A DNA stretch of 64,000 bases from Paramecium tetraurelia (lineage: Eukaryota). The position numbers and the translations under genes were made by a program. The stretch is taken from positions 1 to 64,000 of the forward strand of contig CT868038.1 of the NCBI GenBank assembly GCA_000165425.1. The letters are read 5' to 3'. Each line of letters begins with the position of its first letter. Position 1 is the first letter of the stretch. Below, piece by piece: positions 55,070 through 64,000 of this stretch. A model generated the notes under the pieces. That model was not told where the DNA came from. It saw nothing but the letters and a program-made list of their open reading frames with translations, and did not search any database.

Positions 55070-56519
55070 ATGGGAGGATCTAAATCTAAATCTATAAAGA
55101 AACACGCAAATGTGGCATTCACAGATTATGAACTCGAAGTCTTCGAAGTCTACTTCGAATTATTGAAATGCCATGATTCTATGTGAATAAACTATCCTAA
55201 TTACATAGAAACGGATTTCTTACGTAGAAATCAATGCTCCCAGAATTCCCTGAGAATCCAGACTTCTCGGTTAATTTGTATAACTGGATGAGAGAAAGAT
55301 GCAAGAATTAATAAATCGATTACACCAATTTTGTCATCACATGTAACATTCTAATCCTATTTACTTAGTGGAACTCTTGCTTAAAGAATAACAAGAATAT
55401 TATCTAAGCGACTACAAATTCAGAGTCCTTGAGAAATTCGAGTTATTTGCCCTTATTAGTCTCGGGTGTCTCGAGAATCAGAAAGAATCAATCAATAGGT
55501 ATGTTATCCATGCTCTATTCTAGGTTTTCGGTGAGTTACTCACAAGGAAGTCTGGTTATTAAAGAACTATTGAATATGTATTATTACAATAAACAAATCA
55601 GGAACAGCCAAAGAAATGATCTAGCAGCAAGAAGTGTTGCTAATTCTATTTTTGAGTAAAAATCTACTCTCCCTTTCAACCAATTTATTGGTAAAGCAAA
55701 ATAACAATTGATTTACGCAAATAATTTGTGCAAACAATATTTTACTAAGAAATTCATTAATCCTCATTTGAAATATGGAATTCCAAAATTAACATCCTCC
55801 AGTTTCATCTTGAATGACCAATTTCTTGCCTTATTACAAATGAGCTCTCCTGACTTTAATAGGATTACTGAATTGGATCGTAAATTCAAATCCTCAGTTA
55901 CAAAAGATGATTTGGAATAAATTACTGAAATCATTATGTATTCGGATTAGCCTTTGCTATTTTTGTTTAGGAATCGAGAAGATGAATCATAAAATGACTC
56001 ATTTTAATAATAAATATTTGGAGCATATATTAGCATTGATGAAACTATTGAAACTCATTTCATCAGGAAGAGGCTGAAGGATCCAATGGGTAAGTATTTC
56101 TCATATAGATAGGGATCTTGTACAACCCTAAAGATTAAATATCACTTTATTTTGGAGATGAAAAGAGTTTTTTATTCTCTTTTTTACCTAAATATCAGTT
56201 ATTTATGAGTACATTTGATATCAACTCTAAGCAGTGCTTTGCTTATATAAACAATAGAGCGTTCAATCTTTAAACGTAATAACCATATGGACTTGGGTTC
56301 GGTGGGGATGGAAAAGGTAATTTTAGAATTTGGATTGATGAAAAAATTCAAGGAAATGCAACGAATAGAATTAATAATTAATGTGATTAAACTTATGAAA
56401 TGGGATATTTATTAGAACCACATGTAGAATTTCTTAATGTAATTCAATGATTCTATCTCTAGTTGTCATAAATTGAAATTTGGGGAGTCAATCATGAAAG
56501 AAAATAATAGAAAAAATGA
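55070..56519 (+). CDS. N-myristoylated TLDc-domain protein (MEAK7/TLDC1-like)
   Basis: MGGSKS start, IFGAYIS, YFGDEKSFLFSFLP, GLGFGGDGKGNFRIWIDE, IEIWGV. Confidence 0.85.
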
Positions 56520-56659
56520 ATCTATATCATCTATTTTATTAAAAATATTTAGATCATAAATATGTTTATTATTGTAATATTTCTTAGTATAAAAATATAA
56601 TAGAATATAATTAAATAAATTAATTTAAACTAAAATAAAGAAGAATTTTAATAAGAAAA

Positions 56660-59600
56660 ATGGATTAAAACTAATTGAATTTGGATAATGGAAGGGTACC
56701 AAATAACTTTCTTGAAAAGATTTAATAAGATTACTTTAGAGGAAGGAAATAATACAATAGATGGGAAAAATTCTTTAACGATTATTTGTAACAAAATCAT
56801 TATGATGAAAACAACAAAGATTAAGACTAATCTAAAGTAATTTTATTCCAAAACTAAAAACTTCTTACCAACATTATATAAAGTAATTAGGTTGTAAAAC
56901 GTTTTTCTTCTAACAAAAATTATTGTATGATTTTATTTATGAGGGCTTAGATTATTTAATGGGTTAGCTTTAATATATTATATATAATGATGGTTCTTAA
57001 AACAAATAATTCAAAATTTGTGATATCCCCAACGAATTTTTTTAAGAGTTTCATTTTTAGGTCAGCTTGCCTTGCATTTTACATGATAGCCATTTGACAA
57101 AAATAGAAGAACAATTCAAAAATAACACACTTTTTAATAACTTAAAAAGGAAGGTGTAGTAAGCAAATCAGAAGTATATCCGACTTAAAGATATATCATA
57201 ATATAATTTATTTTCATATGTAAATAATTTTTAGTTTTTTAGGTAACTAATACTAATAAGGTCACATTAACTGATTGTAATAAATTTGCAATAGAAAAAA
57301 TAGATGAACGCTTACTATATTATTTTTCTATAACAATTCAGGAGTAATATTTTATCTATTCAAGTAAAGAAGCTAAGATTATGATTGAAGATTTCATAAT
57401 TAGTGTTATTGTTCTACCAAACAATAAAAGGTTTTAGATTCTAAATAATGATACTGATGAATCGTTATATAATAAAGAGTATAAAAAGTAAATTCCAATT
57501 TACACGGCTATTTGGGAGTAATTAAAATATGAGAATGAAAAATGGACATTGAATTTGAGTAAAGAAGAGTGTACATTTTATAAGAAAGTTGATCAATATC
57601 CTGAATCCTTTTATTTGAATGAAGATTAGACATTAATTGTTAGATGCAGATATGCCAATGTTAGAGTAAGTTAGATTGGAAATTAGTGATTAAAAAATAA
57701 AAATTATAATATATTTTACACATTATATGAATCCATACTTTGAAATTGCATCACTATTCTTGCCTGCTAAATTCAACAAGTACATCTCAATAACAAAGTC
57801 AGCATATGAAATTTATAACATTGCTGCTTCTAAATTCAGACCTGAATTTGCATCGGTGAAGAATGCTGAAAATTATTAAACGAATGATCCTATATTATAC
57901 TCTCAGTTATTTTAGGGGTCATTTAATCTAGAAACTATTAAAAGAAAGTCAATATCATTAATTCACACCTGTTTAAAGGATATTTAAGATTTCTTGTCTA
58001 ATTATCATTTCAATTAATAATTAAGCATAATTAAGATATGCAAGGAATTCTATTCTGAAACTGTTGAATGTTGCATCATAAACTTAAAAATGATTTCAAA
58101 AGACCCAGCTAATTACCTATAAAATGAAGACAGAAAATAATTCAATGAAGAACAATTGAATTAATCTATTGATGAACTCTCATTGCTATTTATTGAGTAC
58201 ATTAAGGGTTAATTCCATTAGGAAAGCATTATTGAAGAGTTTTGTGAGAACTTTCAGGAGATTTCCACATCAGTCTATGAATCCATAATATAAGCTGCAA
58301 AAAAACAAAACAAAGAGATTTATAATAAGTTAATCAATTCAATAAAATAATTTTACAAAAATGAATTAAATAATTTAATATTAGATGAAACTTGTACAAT
58401 AATAAAAGAAAACAAAATACCTTTATTTTAAGTTAGGAATCTAATATGTAACTTTTTTGTACAAAACCATAAATATTTACATGATGAATTACAAAATTTC
58501 TATAATTTTTAATTGTCCAATGTTGTAATATCAAGGTATGCATCAAAAATAATTGATCATTAACTATTCAAAGTGAGATCATCTCTTCAAATCTTCTTGA
58601 GACATGAGAAGGTATATGAGGAATTGTAATTGAAATCTTGGTAGCTATTCTCTTAATATTTTTAGAAAAAGGAGTTCCTTTTAATTAAGGAGAAAGAATT
58701 TGCTTCTTAATTATTTTACCTATTGTTGTAAGTTGATTTGGAATAATAGGAAATCTTGAACATTTTGGCTCTACTATCTTAATATACTGAAATTACAAAA
58801 ATAGATTGTTCGTAAGATGTAAAATAAACTTTAATTAAATTAAGAAATATATACAGGAACGAAATAGAATAGGCTAATCAATTTTGGAAAAATTCGATAA
58901 CTGAATAGTAAAATCTATAGTTAATTTTTGATTTATTCATTCTCTTAAATGGTACTCATTTTGTGAATGATTAATTATTGATTTCTTAATATCAGGCAGC
59001 CAAAAAAATTATTTTGATGAATATAATCAATTTAATGAAAGAAGCATGTTATGGGTATTTTAACTGTCGCTTAATTAATAATTTCGAGAGCACAGTCGGA
59101 GATATTATTAATTAAATAAGTAAGTAACTTGAAAAGTAGAAATAAGAAATTAAGATATAGGTAGAAATTTAAGATCAACACTTTCCCATTTAACTTTATG
59201 ACAAATTAGATCAATCATAATAATTTAGTTAGGAAGCATTTTATAAAAGAAATGAGATATATCATTTGACAAATGCTTCGTAAATGGAGAATTAGATAAA
59301 CCAAATAAAGATATTATTGAGTTAGATATAAAAAGATTATTTAGCAAGTATCAACATCCCAGAGAGAATGTATTTTGAAAAACGAACTCCTGAGTTGGTG
59401 CAATCATCTGTAATCACTCTATTCATTTCAGGGTTTACAGATATAGAGGCATAGAACAGTATATTAGAAGGATTAAGAGATTACAATCTTATAGTTTTGA
59501 ATTGGAATAATCCAAAAGAAGAAAATACTGTAAAAGAGAAACTAGTAGAGGCTGTTAAGTAAATTATCTTAAAATCTCCATTGGAAGCAGTTGTAAATGG

Positions 59601-60130
59601 ATTTAAGGCTTTGACAAGCGCCCCGTTTGAATAAACTTAGGAAGAAGCAAAACGTGTTGGGAGATACTTGGCTCATCTATTAATTAGTAAAAAGATATTT
59701 GGAGATTATTAAATTAACATTATTGCTCATTCAGTAGGTTCAACAGTGATGTATGAAATGATGAAAGAACTTGATAATCTATCTAATACTTCACATGCTA
59801 TTAATGAAATATTGATATTAGGGGGAATAGTGGACACTAGAAAACTTCAAAAACGGAGATGGAATTGTGTTTAAGGTAGGATATGCAATGTGTATAGTAA
59901 AAATGACATGGTAATTAAATTGATGTACAAATCATTTAGATTATTAGATTAGTTTTGTGGTAAGTTTTTAGAATTATCTAGGATTAAATGAGGTGAAAAA
60001 AGGGTACAGAAGAATAGAGAATTATAATTTGAGTAATTTGATTCAGAAGCATAATGATTATGGAGCTAACATATAGAAAATTTTAGTTCAAACAGATTTT
60101 CAATAATATCTAAGATTTTTGTATGAATGA
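56660..60130 (+). CDS. Large protein with C-terminal DUF726/TMCO4-like alpha/beta-hydrolase domain
   Basis: LFISGF, LNWNN, AKRVGRYLAHLL, INIIAHSVGSTVMYE (nucleophile elbow at 59725-59739), ILILGG, GRICNVYSKNDMV, KHNDY. Confidence 0.8.
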
Positions 60131-60211
60131 TTATTTAGTTATCATATTCAAATTTATTGAAGAAACAATTTTTTTTTGAGTTTATCAATATATTAAAAAC
60201 TTTATATTAAA

Positions 60212-61770
60212 TCAAACTTAGAAGGATTTTAAGTCGTCTGCAACTGTTAATTCAAATCCTGTATTAGCTCTAACCCACTCTAGTGTAGTGTCACTTGAAA
60301 TTTCAGTCAATACTAATTGTCCATCTCTTTTAACAAAGACAGCCTTGTCGGTAATAACTTAGCTGACTTTATTCATTCCTGTGGCTGGGTATTGTAAGTC
60401 TTTAACAAATTTGACTTCTCCTTTGGCAGTGTGTTCCATCACAACAAGTACTTTGGATCCTGAGGCAACTAAATCCATGGCTCCTCCCATTCCCTTAACC
60501 ATTTTTCCAGGAATGACCCAATTAGCAATATCACCTTATTTAGTAATTTGCATAGCTCCCAAAACAGTCATATCCAAATGACCTCCTCTGATGATACCAA
60601 ATGATTCGCTGCTTTCAAAAGTAGTGGCTCCTGGATTGAGAGTGCATGATTCTTTTCCTGCATTTTAGAGATCTCCCAATTCTTGTCCCAATTTAGGATA
60701 GGATCCTACTCCGATAGCTCCGATTTCTGTATGGAAGTGAATGGTCATGCTTTTATCAAGGAAAGCAGGAATGAGAGTTGGAATTCCAATACCTAAGTTA
60801 ACATACATTCCATCTTTGAATTCTTGGGCTGCTCTTTTAGCAATTCTATTTCTAGTCTAATTCAATTTTCCTTGTGGTTTGATATCTAAACAATATAATC
60901 AATATCATACCCTTATGTTTGTCATACACACTCTAGTCATACACAAGTCTTTCAACTGTCTTTAAGTAATTATTTCCTTGATAGAGGTAATCAACATAAA
61001 TTCCATTGACATGGGCCTCATCGAAACCAAAGCTACCAACAGGCACTATTGTGTCGACCTCAGCAATAACCACCTTAGCTGCTTTAACCATATCTTGATT
61101 AAAGTTTCTGGCTGTCCCAACAAACTTGAGATTACCATTCGTATCAGCCATGTTTGCTTTGATAATTGCGTAGTCTCCCCAGATTGAGTCTTCTCTAATA
61201 TATTTCTTTCCATTAAAGTATTCAACCTAAGTATAATGAAATTTTCATACAGGTTTTGGTTTAGATTCTATTTCTACACGATCACCTCCTTTGTGGTATT
61301 TGATTGGAATTCCTCCCTTTTCAACAACTGTGTCTGTACCAGTATGAGTGTAAAATGCAGGGATACCAGCGCCTGCTGCTCTTAGCTTCTCTGCCAAAGT
61401 GCCTTGAGGGACTAATTCCAATTCCAAGGTACCATCAAAGTATTACCTATTGTTAGCATATTATATATTACCTGGCAAGGTTGTGATTCTCTCCTGCATA
61501 TGATGCAACCACTCTTTTCAATTATCCATTGTTCAAAAGTAATCCCAATCCCAAGTCAGTTGTTCCACAATTGTTACTAACTACAGTCAGATTTTTTGTT
61601 CCAGCCTCCTTTAAGGCATTGATGCTGCATTCAGGTATACCGCACAATCCGAATCCACCAACAAGCACAGTAGATCCAGCTGGAATCTGTTTGATGACAT
61701 TCAAGTCCTTTATGATGCGCACATAGTATCTGCCTATGTGTGTAAGAGAGGATATTGGCTTTACGTACAT
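60212..61770 (-). CDS. OXCT1: Succinyl-CoA:3-ketoacid CoA transferase (SCOT), mitochondrial
   Basis: [72 protein letters not shown]. Confidence 0.97.
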
Positions 61771-62497
61771 GAATTTGAATTTTTATTATAATATATTCAA
61801 GATATTTTTGAGAGGATATGAATAATCATTATAATACGTAATATATTTATGGCATAATATCTTTTTATAATATATATAATAATTATTATAAAAATTATAA
61901 TAATTATTTTATTTTGTTAATTTTTGTCTAATATTAAAACTATTAATTTTACAATATATTGCTGAAACACATAAAATAACTTAGGGATTTACTCATAACC
62001 TCCTTAATTTGGTATTTATTATAAAAGCATTATAATATCAGTTCGAATTACCAATTTGATTTTATGAAAATATAAAGGACTTTACTAAAATGTCATTTAT
62101 ATGTTAAATCTTAGAATTCTAAATAGTATTACTATATGCTATATTGGTGTAATAAAAAAGGAGGATAAATGTATGTTCTTTAAAAAAATAAATATATTTT
62201 AGTATTAATTTAAATATCTTCTTGATTTCATTTGTTATAATTCTTCAATTTTCATCATATAACTAATCTTTACTATATTTTAATATCTCACTATTCAAAA
62301 TTAATTCTTCTAGTTGCCTATTCAAAATTCAGAATTTAAAGTATTTAATATGTCTAATTTTTATTAGATTTAACCATTCAAGTTAAAGGCACATAAATAG
62401 GAAAAATAAAAAAAAGAAAAATACAAGACATCAGTGTTGGGATTTGTAATAAAATTATTAAGTAATAAAAGAATAGTTAAAAAATTAATAAAAAAAT

Positions 62498-62568
62498 TGC
62501 ACTGTACGAGACTCGAACTCGTGTCACAAGGATGGCAACCTTGTATACTACCCTTATACTAACAGTGC
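62498..62568 (-). tRNA. tRNA-Gly (anticodon GCC)
   Basis: Reverse complement GCACTGT...ACAGTGC-A, anticodon arm CAAGG-tt-GCC-at-CCTTG, T arm CGAGTTCGAGTCTCG, downstream T run. Confidence 0.95.
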
Positions 62569-62983
62569 TTGATGCTGTTTCCAAGTCATCTAACTATAAA
62601 AATAGGATTGATCATTTAGCATAAGTGATTTTATGTTAAACACTATATAATATTACAATGCTAAAGCAAAAATACTTAGGTTAAAAAATTGTTACTTAAG
62701 ACAACTTCAGCCTTTATTTAATTTAGACAGATGATTGATATTTGATGAACTATGTAAATTTAAATGAAATCGCAATTGATTTCCTCAAAACAGATTAAAA
62801 AGATTATAAATAGAAAAATGAAATACCAATCCTCTACCCTCCTAGTCTGATCAATGCTTGAGTGAAGCAATCGATGATAAAGATTTACACAATTGAGTAT
62901 ATTAGAGTGTGTATTCTTTGATAAAATAATTTAAAATTGAATTTGTTTGAGTATTATAAATATTTAAAAATTGATATCTTAAA

Positions 62984-63918
62984 ATGACTGAGAATACCAC
63001 AGCAACAAATGTTAATTGGGCAGAAATCTCTGATGATGAAGATTAGGTTTAGCCTGTTGTTGAGAAGGCTCCAGATTAAGAAATTAAAGCAGAGACTCAA
63101 CCATCCGATTAGAATAAGGAGTTCAAGAAATAAGCTAAAAAGCCTTATCACAAAAATAATAAGCCAGAGTGGGTCAAGTTAAAGGAATTGCAAAAGAAAT
63201 AAGCAGAATAAATACAAAAAGAGTAATAAGCAGCATTAGAGGCAAGAAGAATTAAACCAAGCGTAATGATGCATTGATATTCTTAGAAAAACAATTTCTA
63301 GGGTTTGATGTATAATAGTGATGATGAAAGTGAATAATAGGAGTAGGAGGGATAAAAACCCTAAGAGGAAACTGTTACAGAACAATAATCAGAATAAAAG
63401 GCTGAGCAAAAACAAGAATAAGCAGACTAATATCAAAGTAATATTTGTTGTTAATATGAAGTATTGAAATAAAAACAATAGTAAGAGGAAAAATAATAAC
63501 CAAAAAAGAAAGAATAAAAAAAGAAAGAGACTGAAGATTTAGATGCAATATTAAATGAATTAGGATTTACTTAAAAAGGAGATAATAAGGAAGACGGTAA
63601 GGAAGAAGGAGCTTAAGAAAAGAAGAAGAAAAAGAAAAATAAAAATAAAGAATCAGCACCTGCAGAAAAGTAACCAGAACAACCTCAGTAGCAACAACAA
63701 TAGCAAGTCTAACCATAAACCGAATAAGGAAATAGCAACGACAAAGTGGATATCAAAAAGGTTCTAGCTGAAAAGGCTAAAAAACATCAAGCTGGTTCAC
63801 ATTAGGTCGATAAGGTATAACGGATGAAATATTCTAGGACCTAGAGAGAGTGAAACAGGAAATTGAAAAGAGGAACTAAAAGTCTAAAAAGAACAAGAAA
63901 TAAGATTTAGATCTATGA
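62984..63918 (+). CDS. Hypothetical K/E/Q-rich disordered protein
   Basis: MTENTTATNVNWAEISDDED..., EDLDAILNELG, poly-K tracts. Three short introns. Confidence 0.7.
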
Positions 63919-64000
63919 AGGGGTTATTGACATATATACATTAAATATATATAATTGTTTAATTAACTTATATTGTAATGCATTTAGAAAAGCATGCTAA

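Noticed and set aside
62658..62870. Short coding-like stretch next to tRNA-Gly
   Set aside because: Interrupted by TGAs in all frames with no convincing intron solution.
63901..63930. Possible C-terminal selenocysteine (DLDL-TGA-RGY-TGA)
   Set aside because: No GxU or CxxU context and no SECIS visible. Tandem in-frame stops are common in ciliates.

Overview
AT-rich eukaryotic DNA from a ciliate, almost certainly Paramecium and apparently a macronuclear-type assembly. Genes are continuous only if TAA/TAG are read as Gln and TGA is the sole stop. They carry tiny (about 20-30 nt) GT-AG introns and are often separated by only 10-60 bp, so the supplied standard-code ORF track shows fragments and antisense artefacts. 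The first ~7.8 kb is degenerate: a frameshifted IS630/Tc1/mariner DD32E transposase, a perfect 11-bp inverted repeat, and TPR and propeller-like gene remnants. The rest is a dense run of about 38 genes: M20 peptidase, C2H2 finger protein, ISWI ATPase, EF-hand protein, IQ/MORN protein, GSKIP-like protein, Rab-like pseudo-GTPase, TPR protein, CDPK, eEFSec, OSCA/TMEM63-like channel, AK7, Cdc25-like phosphatase, polycystin-like protein, XMAP215/ch-TOG, RBR E3 ligase, kinesin-2, HMG-box, TLDc, DUF726 hydrolase, SCOT and several hypotheticals. There are also three tRNAs (Ile-AAT, Leu-TAA, Gly-GCC). The most interesting candidate is a gene at 36936-38033 (-) that joins tandem CBM20 glycogen/starch-binding domains to a C-terminal RING-HC finger, a possible one-chain glycogen-targeted E3 ligase recalling laforin plus malin. 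All calls come from manual translation and motif recognition; no searches were run, and coordinates of weak calls are approximate.
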